NCBI GenBank assembly: GCA_045863855.1
Contig: BTVV01000018.1
Coordinates: forward strand, 13,440 to 77,439
DNA: 64,000 nucleotides
Direction of reading: 5' to 3'
DNA from: Planctomycetota bacterium
GTDB lineage: Bacteria; Planctomycetota; SZUA-567; H5-PLA8
Shown here: positions 27,395 to 37,037 of the stretch, piece by piece
Numbering within the stretch: position 1 is the stretch's first letter
Layout of the letters: each line of letters starts with the position of its first letter
The notes under the pieces: generated by a model
Told to the model about the DNA's origin: nothing
What the model saw: the letters and a program-made list of their open reading frames with translations, nothing else
Database searches by the model: none
Made by a program: the position numbers and the translations under genes

Positions 27395-29374
27395 TCAGAC
27401 GCCGGACGAAGAACCTTTCTCCGACATGACTTCGCGCAGCTTCTGGAGCAGGCTGCGCGGACTAAACGGCTTGGGCAGGAACTGCACGCCCTGCTTGATC
27501 ACGCCTTCGCGGACAATCACATTCTCGGTGTAGCCCGAGATGAACACGACCTTCAACTGCGGCATCGATTTTCGTAAATCCTGGGCCAGATCCATCCCGC
27601 TCATATGCGGCAATACCACATCGGTGATCAGCAAATCGATCGCGCCCGGATGTTCCCGGACCAGCTTCAACGCCTGCTCGCCCGAACCGGCTTGCAGCAC
27701 ACGGTAGCCGCCTAACTCCAGCGCCTCGATGGCCATCTGGCGTAACGCTTGGTTGTCCTCGACGATCAGCACGGAAAGGCCCGGCGAAGGCTCGGCGACG
27801 GCGACGCGTTCTTCCTCCTCCGTGGCCACGGCACCCACATGGCGCGGGAGCAGGATGCGGAAAACCGCGCCCTGACCCACGGCGCTCTCGACTTCGATGT
27901 GCCCTCGATTCTGCTTCACGATCCCGTACACCGACGCCAGCCCCAACCCGGTGCCGCGCCCGACGCCCTTGGTGGTGAAGAACGGCTCGAAGAGGAACGG
28001 CAGGAAATCGGCCGGGATGCCTTGTCCGGTATCGGTGATGGTCATCTTCACGTACTGGCCCGGCAGCAGGTGGTCACGCGACTGGGCTTCCGATTCTTTC
28101 AAGGTCACGTTGGCGGTCTCGATCGTCAGCTTTCCGCCAGCAGGCATCGCATCGCGCGCATTGATGGCCAGATTCAGGACCACCTGCTCGAACTGTCCGG
28201 GATCGATCAATACCGGCGCGAGCGCGGGATCGGGCAGGATCGCCAGTTCGATCTGCTCGCCCAGCAGCGGGCGCAGGATCTGGCTGATCCGGCCGAGCAG
28301 GTCGTTTACGCTGGACACACGGGGCTGAATGATCTGCTTGCGCGCGAAGGCGAGAAGCTGCTTGGTGAGCGACGCGCCGCGTTCGGCCGATGCGCGCATC
28401 TCGCCCACCAAGCGGCGCTCGCGGGGCCGCTCGGCCAGTTGCGTCTCGACCAGTTCGGCGTTGCCCATCACCACCGTCAGCAGGTTGTTGAAATCGTGCG
28501 CGATGCCGCCGGCCAGCCGGCCCACACTCTCGAGCTTCTGCGCGTGCAGGAGATGCGATTCGAGTTCCCGGCGCTTGGTCACGTCCATCACCGTCCCCAG
28601 CATCTTCTGAGGTTTGCCCGACGAACCGAAGAACGCCTGGCCGTGCGCCGCCAGCCAGCGCAGCGGCAAATCCGGATTCTCGAGCCGGAATTCGAAATCG
28701 AAGCGGTCGCGCCCGTCCTTGCGTTCCAGTGCGTCGCGGACGGCGCGTTCCACCTGGATACGGTCCTCGGCGTGAACCAGCATCAGAAACTCGGTGAAAC
28801 TCGTGGAAGCCGTGGACGTGCGGAAAAGTCCGCAAGCTTCTTCGGAGAAGTTTATTTTGCCTTCTGGCACCAGCCATTGCCAAGTGCCCATGCTGGACGC
28901 CTGCAGCGCCAGACTCAGTTGCTCCTGGCGCTCGCTTAACTGCTCCTCGGCGCGTTGGCGCTCGCGGACTTCCCGTTCCAGATTTGCGTTGATCTCCTCA
29001 AGCCTCGGCAGCCGCAGCGCCCGGGGCAGCACGGGAATCAGCGAAATCACCGTGATCCACGAGACCGTAGCGGTGCAGGCTTTGATCACCCCGTTGAAGC
29101 GGTAAGCCGGATACCAGAACATCAACGCTTCGATCAGGTGTCCCAGGCCGCAGAACAGAATGAACGCGCCGAAAGCCCAGAAAATGCGGTGAAACGGGAC
29201 GTCCCGGCGCCGGATCACGAAATACGCAATGAGTGCCGGGATCGTGAAGTAGGCGCCGAAGATGAGCAGATCGGAGACGATATGCAGCCAGCCGTGCCCT
29301 TCCGTCCACGCTCCGCATTGCCAGCGCGCGGGAAAATCGCTCGTATCGAACAGTTTATCGATGAAGTCCAGCAT
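27395..29374 (-). CDS. Hybrid histidine kinase: ETR1-like ethylene-binding TM domain - PAS - HisKA - HATPase - REC
   Basis: [13 protein letters not shown]...[13 protein letters not shown]-box AHDFNN; NARDAM, DTGQG, GTGLGL; receiver LLITDVVLP...KPF. Start moved to 29374, downstream of GGGAGG. Confidence 0.9.
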   Translation of the reverse strand: MLDFIDKLFDTSDFPARWQCGAWTEGHGWLHIVSDLLIFGAYFTIPALIAYFVIRRRDVPFHRIFWAFGAFILFCGLGHLIEALMFWYPAYRFNGVIKACTATVSWITVISLIPVLPRALRLPRLEEINANLEREVRERQRAEEQLSERQEQLSLALQASSMGTWQWLVPEGKINFSEEACGLFRTSTASTSFTEFLMLVHAEDRIQVERAVRDALERKDGRDRFDFEFRLENPDLPLRWLAAHGQAFFGSSGKPQKMLGTVMDVTKRRELESHLLHAQKLESVGRLAGGIAHDFNNLLTVVMGNAELVETQLAERPRERRLVGEMRASAERGASLTKQLLAFARKQIIQPRVSSVNDLLGRISQILRPLLGEQIELAILPDPALAPVLIDPGQFEQVVLNLAINARDAMPAGGKLTIETANVTLKESEAQSRDHLLPGQYVKMTITDTGQGIPADFLPFLFEPFFTTKGVGRGTGLGLASVYGIVKQNRGHIEVESAVGQGAVFRILLPRHVGAVATEEEERVAVAEPSPGLSVLIVEDNQALRQMAIEALELGGYRVLQAGSGEQALKLVREHPGAIDLLITDVVLPHMSGMDLAQDLRKSMPQLKVVFISGYTENVIVREGVIKQGVQFLPKPFSPRSLLQKLREVMSEKGSSSGV

Positions 29375-29482
29375 AGGGGCCTCCCGGTGCGAGAGGGGCG
29401 CGGAGGATGCCCCTCTTGGGTTCATAGCTGCTATTGCATTGTGTTAATCGGAGCCAGAATAGTACCTGGATAATTTACCTGC

Positions 29483-29499
29483 TGCGATAGCCGTGCCGA
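29483..29499 (-). promoter_or_regulatory. Candidate sigma54 (-24/-12) promoter
   Basis: Minus strand reads TCGGCACG-GCTA-TCGCA: GG-N10-GC spacing is exact, and it lies about 110 nt upstream of the kinase start. Confidence 0.35.
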
Positions 29500-29560
29500 A
29501 AGGTAGAAGACGCAGGATTATGCGTATGCGCCTGTGCCTTGCCGCCCTATCCAAGCAGGC

Positions 29561-29983
29561 TCATTGGGGCGGCTTGCCGGGCAACGCACAGGTTCCCGAA
29601 ATGCGGTAGCGATTCGAAGCCACCCAGCCGTACGCGCGGGTGAACAGCCCGTAGATGCCCGGACAACCGAATAGAATGCCCAAGGGCCACAGATACCAGA
29701 TGCGCCGAAAGAGAAACAAGTAAGCGTCCGCGCCGTTGTACTGCTCTCCCTCCACGCTCAGGACCCTAAAGGTGGCGATGACTTCTTCCTTCGTGAGCCC
29801 TAATCGTTCGGCCACCCACGGCGCTTGAAGGGGTTCGCAGACGAACCCGCGCTTTTCCAGCGCTCCGCGCGCCACCCGCAGGCACTTGAGGCAAAAGCCG
29901 CAGGAGCCGTCGTAAAGCACCCAACCCGTGCGCGCAGAAGGCTGCGTACTCGGGGCCACCGGAGCTTGAAGCGTTTGCGCCAT
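29561..29983 (-). CDS. DCC1/DUF393 thiol-disulfide oxidoreductase family protein
   Basis: YDGSCGFC (DxxCxxC), GADA, Y.WVA.NRY. Confidence 0.88.
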   Translation of the reverse strand: MAQTLQAPVAPSTQPSARTGWVLYDGSCGFCLKCLRVARGALEKRGFVCEPLQAPWVAERLGLTKEEVIATFRVLSVEGEQYNGADAYLFLFRRIWYLWPLGILFGCPGIYGLFTRAYGWVASNRYRISGTCALPGKPPQ

Positions 29984-30171
29984 ACCACTCTAAAGATAAC
30001 CGCGCGCGGTCGGTTTCCAAACTTTGATATGCTAAGTCGAGAATTGACAGGTGCTTGAATTTCAACTTCACACTCTATTCGGGCATGCTATAAGCATCGC
30101 TCGTGGGTGGGAACGACTTCCCCCTGCCGCTTGTCGAATCGGAAAACCTCAGGCAAAGAGAGGAGCCCCAC

Positions 30172-30693
30172 ATGGCTCAGGAACGCACCGGTGTGATCAC
30201 GTTCAAAGGCGGCCCGCTGACGCTGGTCGGCCCGGAATTGAAGGTCGGCGACAAGGCGCCCGAGTTCAGCGTCGTGGACGGCGGCTTGGCCGAAGTGACG
30301 CTCAAGAGCAGCGCCGGCAAGACGCGGTTGATCAGTGTCGTCCCGTCGCTCGATACACCCGTCTGTGACCAGCAGACCCGCAAGTTCAACGAAGAGGCCG
30401 CGAAACTGCCCGGCAATGTGGCGGTGATCACCGTCAGCGTCGACCTGCCGTTCGCGCAGAAGCGCTTCTGCTCCACCGCCGGCATCGAGAAGGTCCAGGT
30501 GGTCAGCGACTACAAGACCCGCGATTTCGGACACAAGTACGGGCTGTTCATCAAGGAGTTGGCGTTGCTCACGCGCGCGGTTCTGGTGGTCGGCGCCGAT
30601 GACAAGATCAAGTACCTCGAAGTGGTCAAGGAAGTCACCAGCACCCCCGATTACACCAAGGCGCTGAACGCCGCCAAGACCGCGGCCAGCTAG
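30172..30693 (+). CDS. tpx: Thiol peroxidase Tpx
   Basis: PSLDTPVC, SVDLPFAQKRFC, RAV; AGGAG RBS before ATG 30172. Confidence 0.95.
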   Translation: MAQERTGVITFKGGPLTLVGPELKVGDKAPEFSVVDGGLAEVTLKSSAGKTRLISVVPSLDTPVCDQQTRKFNEEAAKLPGNVAVITVSVDLPFAQKRFCSTAGIEKVQVVSDYKTRDFGHKYGLFIKELALLTRAVLVVGADDKIKYLEVVKEVTSTPDYTKALNAAKTAAS

Positions 30694-30729
30694 CCCCTCG
30701 TACGAAACAACCATTGGGAGGATACATCC

Positions 30730-31365
30730 ATGAGCGAAGGACCATGCGGCATCCGCGCGCCCCAGGTGGGCAGCGCGGCTCCGGCGTTTAGCGGTTCGTC
30801 CGTGGTGGGCACTCAGTTCGCGGACCTCAAGTTCGAGGGCGGCGTGCTGAACGTGGGCGGCGAAAGCTTCAAGGGTAAGTGGACGGTGCTGTTCTTCTAC
30901 CCGCTCGACTTTACCTTCGTCTGCCCGACGGAAATCATCGCGTTTCACGAGCATCTAGCGAGCTTCGAGAAGCTCAACACGAAGGTCGTGGGCGCCTCGA
31001 TCGACAGCCAGTTCACGCACCTGGCCTGGAAGAAAACGCCGCGCAAGGACGGCGGCTTGGGCGAGATCGGCTTCCCGCTCCTCGCCGACGTGACCAAGAA
31101 CGCTTCGCGCGACTACGGCGTGCTCCTGCCCGGCGGCGTCGCGGCGCGCGGCGTCTTCATCATCGACGACAAGGGCATCCTGCAATCGTGCACCGTCAAT
31201 AACCTGGGCGTGGGCCGTAACGTGGAGGAAATTCTCCGCACGCTCGAAGGGTACCAGTTCGTGGCCAAGCACGGCGAAGTCTGCCCGGCCAACTGGAAGC
31301 CCGGCGCAGCGACCATGAAGCCCGATCCGGAAGGCTCGAAGGACTACTTCAAGACGGTCAAGTAA
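30730..31365 (+). CDS. ahpC: 2-Cys peroxiredoxin AhpC/Prx1
   Basis: FYPLDFTFVCPTE, GGLG, GEVCPANW. Confidence 0.95.
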   Translation: MSEGPCGIRAPQVGSAAPAFSGSSVVGTQFADLKFEGGVLNVGGESFKGKWTVLFFYPLDFTFVCPTEIIAFHEHLASFEKLNTKVVGASIDSQFTHLAWKKTPRKDGGLGEIGFPLLADVTKNASRDYGVLLPGGVAARGVFIIDDKGILQSCTVNNLGVGRNVEEILRTLEGYQFVAKHGEVCPANWKPGAATMKPDPEGSKDYFKTVK

Positions 31366-31380
31366 GCCTCGCATAAATAC

Positions 31381-31420
31381 AGGGGCGGGATCCGAGCTGC
31401 GGGTCCCGCCCCTTTTTATT
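31381..31420 (+). terminator. Rho-independent terminator
   Basis: aggggcgggatccg-agctg-cgggtcccgcccct stem followed by TTTTATT. Confidence 0.85.
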
Positions 31421-31489
31421 TGAATCGCCCGAATGGCCGCTTCCCTCTCTAGCAGGTCCCTTTTCCGCAAACCATCTTGAGCACAAAGG

Positions 31490-31519
31490 TTGCATTCGAC
31501 CCGGCCTATTGCGTATAGT
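31490..31519 (+). promoter_or_regulatory. Candidate sigma70 promoter for the HD-GYP gene
   Basis: TTGCAT-N18-TATAGT, about 50 nt upstream of the GTG start. Confidence 0.4.
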
Positions 31520-31569
31520 GTAAAGGTACGTGCAAGAGGCTGTCCTACGGCCGCCGGGGGTGGCAGGGC

Positions 31570-32616
31570 GTGAATCAAGACGAAGTCGACCGCTCCGAAA
31601 CCGACCTCGTGGTGCTCGACAACGAGCCGTCCTGGCGGGAGTTCCAGGAACGCGCGCTGCGCCGGGCGGGTTTTCGCCAAGTCGTCGCGTACCCCGGCAA
31701 GTCACAGCACCTCGACGAATACCTGAACCACGGCTCCGGCCGCAAAGCCGATCTCGTCGTCTTCGGAATCCAGCCCGACAACGACGGCTGCTGGGAACAC
31801 CTCCGCGCGATCCGCCAGTTCTACGAAGGCCCGCTCCTCGCGACCACCGAACGCAACCGAGCCGGCCTGCGCGACCGCGTCATCGACTTGGGCTGCGCCG
31901 ATTGCCTCTCCATGGGCGAGTACGGCGAAGAAGGCCTCGAACTTAAGGTCGATACCGTCCTCGCCGCGCACCGCATCAACTCGATGATCGACGAGAACGA
32001 CCACCGCAATCAGCGTCTCTTTGTCAACATCCTCACCGTGATGGTCAAGATCCTCGAGTCCAAGGACCCGTACACGCGCTTCCACAGCCATTCGGTGGCG
32101 CTCTGGTCGCGCATGATCGGGCGCAAAAAGGGCCTGAGCGAAGAAGAATTGATCCGCTTGGGGCTGGCCGCGGTCTTTCACGACTTCGGGAAGATCGGCA
32201 TCCCCGAGGAGATTCTCAATAAGCCCTCGCGCCTCACCGACGAAGAGTTCGAGGTGATGAAGCAGCACCCCACCATCGCGCGCGATCTGCTCTCGTCGCT
32301 CGATCTGCTCCACGATCTCTTGCCGGCCATTACGCACCACCATGAACGCTGGGACGGGCGCGGCTATCCGGCTTCGCTGCGCGCCGAAGATACGCCGCTG
32401 TGGGCGCGCATCATCTGCATCGCCGACGCCTACGACACCATGGCCAGCCGCCGCACCTACAAGGACCCCATGCCCACCGAGCGTGTCATCGAGGAACTCA
32501 AGAAGGGGCGCGCGCAGCAGTTCGACCCCGAACTCGTCGATATCATGCTCGAAATTCTCGCCGAGCGCGAAGCCGAGGCGCAAGCGCAAGGCGCGCCGGG
32601 GAACGGGAAGAAGTAA
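31570..32616 (+). CDS. HD-GYP phosphodiesterase with degenerate N-terminal receiver domain
   Basis: KDPYT..HS, HDFGKIGIP, HHERWDGRGYP, ADAYDTM, QFDP. Confidence 0.9.
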   Translation: MNQDEVDRSETDLVVLDNEPSWREFQERALRRAGFRQVVAYPGKSQHLDEYLNHGSGRKADLVVFGIQPDNDGCWEHLRAIRQFYEGPLLATTERNRAGLRDRVIDLGCADCLSMGEYGEEGLELKVDTVLAAHRINSMIDENDHRNQRLFVNILTVMVKILESKDPYTRFHSHSVALWSRMIGRKKGLSEEELIRLGLAAVFHDFGKIGIPEEILNKPSRLTDEEFEVMKQHPTIARDLLSSLDLLHDLLPAITHHHERWDGRGYPASLRAEDTPLWARIICIADAYDTMASRRTYKDPMPTERVIEELKKGRAQQFDPELVDIMLEILAEREAEAQAQGAPGNGKK

Positions 32617-32827
32617 TCGGTGAAGGCGATACGTGAAAAGTAATTTGTAAAGGTCAACGGCAACTATTGCGGCCGCAGCCATGGCGAGGCGCCACTGGCT
32701 TCGGCCAGCGGCGCCCCTCTCCATCCACAGACCTAGCTCCTTACTTTTTACTCTTAGCCGGTCACCGATCACCGCCTAATGCTCTCAGCCCTTGCGCCTC
32801 ACGCGCCTCCGGCGAAGCTATCCCCCA

Positions 32828-33873
32828 TGGAGCCCCGCCTCATCCGCCCCTTTCCCGAAGCGCCGCCGGCGCAGGCGCCCGAATTGCTCGGGCGGCTCCT
32901 GCTGGCGCTCACCTTCGTCGCGCTGGCGTATGGGCTGACGGCGCCGCGGCTGAGCGACGCCACCGGCGGGGCACGGTTGGAAGCGGTGGTCTTGCTGCGC
33001 GTATTCCTATTCGCGCTGGGCGGGCTCGCGGCGAGTCTGATTCAAGGCGCGCGGGCGCGGGACGCGGCGCTGGGCGCCAGCGCCGCCGTGGCGCTTGCGG
33101 CGCTCTGGTTTCTGGGGCCGCCGCATCCCGAGGCGGCGCCGGTGGTGAACGAGCCCGATGCGCGCTGGGCGTGGAGCGGCAGCGTGCGGGATCTGCTGCT
33201 CGTCCAGGCCGTGCTGCTGGCCGCGGTACTCTCCGGAACCTGGCTGGGAAGGTTGCTGGAACGCCCCGGCCACCTCCTCGCGGTGGTCCTCTGCGCCGCC
33301 GCCGGCGACGCCTGGCTGAACGTCCTGCACGTACCCGAATCGGTGGGCCCCGGCAATCCCGTGCGCCTGATGCGCTTCTCCTGGCCTCCGCCGCTCAGCG
33401 GCCTGCACGCCGCGCCGACGTTCGCGGATATCTTCTTCCTCGCGCTGTATCTCGAAGCCGCGCGGCGCTTCCGCTTCCGTTTGCTGGCCGTGGCCGCCGG
33501 AGCCGTCACCGCCTACGCCGTCGCCTCGCTGCTCTCGCTCATCGCGATGAAGACGATGCTCTCGCTGCCGCTGGTGGGGTTGGGCGTGCTGATGGGCGCG
33601 TGGCCGCAGTTCCGCTGTTCGGCCGGCGACGTGATCCGCGCCTTCGCGCTGGCCCTGCTGCTCTTCGCGGTCCTGCTGGGCTTCAACAGCCTGCGCGACG
33701 CCTTTCACCCGCGCACCGAACCGCCGCCGCATCCGTTCTATTGGCGCCGCGTCGCGAGCCATTCCGAAGGCTCGGTTCAAGACGCGGAAACGAATCCTGC
33801 CATCGCGCGGAGCGCCCGCGCGATGGCCGAGTCTAGCCGTCAGCCATCCGTCGCTGTTGGATCCCAAATCTAA
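32828..33873 (+). CDS. Multi-pass membrane protein of unknown function
   Basis: 8-9 hydrophobic helices; start uncertain (32779 or 32828). Confidence 0.7.
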
Positions 33874-33877
33874 TATG

Positions 33878-33914
33878 AAAAGCGCGGGCCAGCCTCTCGG
33901 CCGCCCGCGCTTTT
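33878..33914. terminator. Bidirectional terminator between convergent genes
   Basis: AAAA-gcgcgggc...gcccgcgc-TTTT. Confidence 0.8.
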
Positions 33915-33965
33915 AAGAACCGTATGCCGTTCCAGCCAAAATCGAAATTCCAAAGTCCAAAATCG

Positions 33966-34418
33966 TTACTGCGGGATCAGGACCTTTGTGCCGACCGAAA
34001 CCTTGTTCGGATCGGCGAAGTTGTTGGCGGCGATGAGCTTCTTGGGCGGGACGTTGTGCTTGCGGGCCACCGCGTAGAGCGTGTCGCCCTTCTGCATCGT
34101 GTAGTAGCTGCCACCGGCGGCGGTTCCTTCGGAAGCCGGGGCGGGCGCGAGCGCTTCGGGCGCCGGCGGCGGCTCGATGCGCGGCAACGGCGCGCTGGCG
34201 CCGGTCTGGCGGTCCTGCAAGAAGGCGTACTCGCCGGACGGCGCGGCGTTTGACTGCGCGACCGAATTCTCGACGCGCACCGGAGCGCTCAGAGAAGGCG
34301 GCGCGGGATTTTGAGCTTTGGCGGCCTTGGTCGAACCGCAGCCGGTCGTCAGGAGCGCGACGCTCCCGCCGAGCACCACCACGGCCACGGACACGAAGCG
34401 CGAAGCAACGCGGATCAT
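33966..34418 (-). CDS. LysM-domain lipoprotein
   Basis: Lipobox-like TTGC; C-terminal YTMQKGDTLYAVARKHNV...LIAAN...GTKVLIP. Confidence 0.88.
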   Translation of the reverse strand: MIRVASRFVSVAVVVLGGSVALLTTGCGSTKAAKAQNPAPPSLSAPVRVENSVAQSNAAPSGEYAFLQDRQTGASAPLPRIEPPPAPEALAPAPASEGTAAGGSYYTMQKGDTLYAVARKHNVPPKKLIAANNFADPNKVSVGTKVLIPQ

Positions 34419-34574
34419 CGGTACTCCCCCCTGGCTTCGGGCGCGGCGCGCCATGGCGGCGGCGACCCGAACGATTCCTGGTCTTCCCCACCCGCCCGGC
34501 GGGCAGGGGCGCAGACAAGAGGGGAATCGGCACGTAGAGGTAGCAACTTGAGCGGATTAGAGCGCGGCTTTTCG

Positions 34575-35000
34575 TCATCGGCACATCGGACACGAGCACG
34601 GCACGACAGGAATGTAATAGGCATAGATCGATATTAGGGAAATCAGGAGTGCCGCGATCGAAAAGGCAAATGCCAGAACTCGCATGCGAGTCTTGGTAGT
34701 GCACCCATAAGTTAAGTACAGCCACGAGCAGGCCAGCATACCGGTTAGGTGCGTGGCAGGGTACTTCACCAGGAATACGCCTGCGTCAAGGATTCCCTGA
34801 GTCAAGAGAGGTAACGCCCCTATTTCGTAGTAAAGGAAGTATCGTTCGAACGCGACAGCTACCACCGAGGCAAACTTGATGGCCATAAAGAGTATGATTA
34901 AAGGCAAAGCATACAGCATGCGGCGGCGCACATCCTCGGTCGCCGTACCCGTGGAAGGCTCCTCCGAACCGGATGTAAGGTGCGCGCCCGCGTCGCTCAT
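34575..35000 (-). CDS. Small 3-TM membrane protein (divergent paralog 3)
   Basis: LPLLTQ...VKYPA pattern shared with the two upstream genes; ATGA overlap with the 34997 stop; C-terminal CSCPMC. Confidence 0.6.
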   Translation of the reverse strand: MSDAGAHLTSGSEEPSTGTATEDVRRRMLYALPLIILFMAIKFASVVAVAFERYFLYYEIGALPLLTQGILDAGVFLVKYPATHLTGMLACSWLYLTYGCTTKTRMRVLAFAFSIAALLISLISIYAYYIPVVPCSCPMCR

Positions 35001-35440
35001 GGGCCCACCCTCATCATCAATCCGTGCATCGGCATCATCAAAGCAATGATAGCGACAAAGGAAGCCACAAACGCGGCCGCCAGCATCAGCGTAGCCAGTA
35101 AGCTGGCTCGCCAGCGCTTCTCGCTGGCCCAGCCCAATTGCAGCCAGAAGGCCGCAAAGAGGCCCCCAGTCAGCAGCGCCGGATACTCGCCCAACAAGCG
35201 CATGCACTCGAAAAGGTGCTGCGTCGGCGCCGGATAGGTTCTCCAGCCCATCTCAAGGTACATCCGTTCGAATTTGGGAATTACCCAACTTAAAAACGTG
35301 AAGGCGATCAGCAACATCATCAACGGCGCCGCCATCTCCCAGCGCTCCTGCCCGCCCAAGCGCTCGTCAGGATCCTTCGGCCGCGCCCAGATAGGCTTGC
35401 CGAAACCATAAACCAGGATCAGCTTCGCCCATATTCCCAT
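34997..35440 (-). CDS. Small 3-TM membrane protein (paralog 2), PilC/GspF-loop-like
   Basis: WVIPKFERMYLEMGWRTYPAPTQ resembles the GspF/PilC TM-periplasmic segment; clear similarity to 35569-36012. Confidence 0.7.
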   Translation of the reverse strand: MGIWAKLILVYGFGKPIWARPKDPDERLGGQERWEMAAPLMMLLIAFTFLSWVIPKFERMYLEMGWRTYPAPTQHLFECMRLLGEYPALLTGGLFAAFWLQLGWASEKRWRASLLATLMLAAAFVASFVAIIALMMPMHGLMMRVGP

Positions 35441-35477
35441 CTAACCCGCAAACTCGGACCAAGTCAGCAGGCGCTCC

Positions 35478-35508
35478 AAAATAAAACGGGGCCGCCGAAG
35501 CGGCCCTG
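35478..35508 (-). terminator. Terminator, copy of the purC terminator
   Basis: AAAATAAAAcggggccgc-cgaa-gcggccctg. Confidence 0.75.
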
Positions 35509-35568
35509 CAACCGAGCCTCGCGCGAGACACTCGGGCTACGCAGACAAACCGCGCGCGACCGCGTCGC

Positions 35569-36012
35569 TCACGAGCCCACGGTCTCCATCAACGGCATCA
35601 GGGCGAGCAAGAGCGCGAACGTGATGACGCCAATCGCCGCCAAAGTTAGCAAGCTCATCAAGATCGCCAGCGCGCGAGCGCGCCGGCGCTTACGGCTGGC
35701 CCAACCCAATTGCACCCAGAAGGCCGCGAAGATACAGCCGGTAATCAGCGCCGGATATTCGCCCAATAACCACATGTACTCAAATACGCGTTGCGAAATC
35801 AGTGGAAATGCGGCCAACTCCAGTTCACGAGACAACTGGTCAACCTCGCGTACCGCCCAGCAAAAAGAAGTAAAGACGACCAGAAACAAGATCAGGGGCG
35901 CGGCCAGCGCCCATCGCTCCGAACGTCCAAGCGGCTCGTCGGGATCCTTGGGCTTCGCACCCATCGGCGGTCCCAATTCGACTGTATGCACGAGATTCGA
36001 ATTCGGGTTCAT
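35569..36012 (-). CDS. Small 3-TM membrane protein (paralog 1)
   Basis: Shares PKDPDE.LG..ERW..AAPL and LLGEYPAL.TG..FAAFW.QLGWAS with paralog 2; both ORFs are 147 aa. Confidence 0.7.
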   Translation of the reverse strand: MNPNSNLVHTVELGPPMGAKPKDPDEPLGRSERWALAAPLILFLVVFTSFCWAVREVDQLSRELELAAFPLISQRVFEYMWLLGEYPALITGCIFAAFWVQLGWASRKRRRARALAILMSLLTLAAIGVITFALLLALMPLMETVGS

Positions 36013-36058
36013 GTGTTCCTTCTATTACGCACGGGAACCCGGATCATTCGTCTCATCG

Positions 36059-36088
36059 AAATAAAACGGGGCCGCAGAGCGGCCCCGT
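36059..36088 (-). terminator. Rho-independent terminator of purC
   Basis: AAATAAAAcggggccgc-aga-gcggccccgt. Confidence 0.8.
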
Positions 36089-36113
36089 GAAAGGCAAGGA
36101 ACGGCCCGTGCGC

Positions 36114-37037
36114 TTACGCCAAATCGTCCTTCCCCGTGATCAGCTTGTACGCCTCCAGGTATTTCTCGCGCGTCTTGGCGACCACCTTCTCGGGCAGTTC
36201 CGGCGCGGGCGGCTCCTTGTTCCAGCCGATCGCTTCCAGGTAATCGCGCACGAACTGCTTGTCGAAGGACATCTGCGTCTTGCCCGGCGTCCACTGGTCC
36301 TTGGGCCAAAAGCGGCTGCTGTCCGGCGTCAGCACTTCGTCCACCACGATCACCTTCCCGTCCTTCAGGCCGAACTCGAACTTCGTATCGGCGATGATGA
36401 TGCCGTGCGCCAGCGCGTGCTCGTAGGCCTTCTGGTACATCTCGATGGTCAGCTTCTTGAGCTGCGTCATGTACGCGCGCGCCTGCTCCAGCGGAAGCGC
36501 CATCAGTTCCACCAGCCGCGCCACGGCCAGGTCGAAGGTCACGTTCTCGTCGTGCCCGACCTTGTTCTTCGAAGCCGGCGTGTAGATCGTCTCGGGCAGC
36601 TTGTCGCCCGACTTCATCCCGCGCGGCAGCGCGATCCCGCAGACGGCTCCGCCCGCCTGGTACTCTTTCCAACCGCTGCCCATCAGGTAACCGCGCGCCA
36701 CGCACTCGACCGGGAAGACCTCGGCCTTGTGGCAGAGCATGCTCCGCCCTTGCAGCACGTCCTTGTGCTTCTCCAGGCCGTGCCCCATCTCGCTCACTTC
36801 GCACGTGATCAGGTGGTCCGGAACCACATCCTTCAGGAAGCCGAACCAGAAGCGCGAGAGTCCGTTGAGCACCTTGCCCTTGTCCGGGATCGGCGTCGGC
36901 AGCACCGCGTCGAAGGCGCTCAGCCGGTCGGTGCTCACGATCAGCAACTGCTCGCCCAGGTCGTACACGTCGCGGACCTTGCCGCGCGCGACCAGCTTAT
37001 AGCCAGGTAGATTCGTCTCGAAGACGGGTGCGCCCAT
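36114..37037 (-). CDS. purC: SAICAR synthase
   Basis: RGKVRDVY, TDRLSAFD, ECVARGY, IIADTKFEFG, DEVLTPDSSRFW, DKQFVRD. Start moved to 37037. Confidence 0.97.
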   Translation of the reverse strand: MGAPVFETNLPGYKLVARGKVRDVYDLGEQLLIVSTDRLSAFDAVLPTPIPDKGKVLNGLSRFWFGFLKDVVPDHLITCEVSEMGHGLEKHKDVLQGRSMLCHKAEVFPVECVARGYLMGSGWKEYQAGGAVCGIALPRGMKSGDKLPETIYTPASKNKVGHDENVTFDLAVARLVELMALPLEQARAYMTQLKKLTIEMYQKAYEHALAHGIIIADTKFEFGLKDGKVIVVDEVLTPDSSRFWPKDQWTPGKTQMSFDKQFVRDYLEAIGWNKEPPAPELPEKVVAKTREKYLEAYKLITGKDDLA

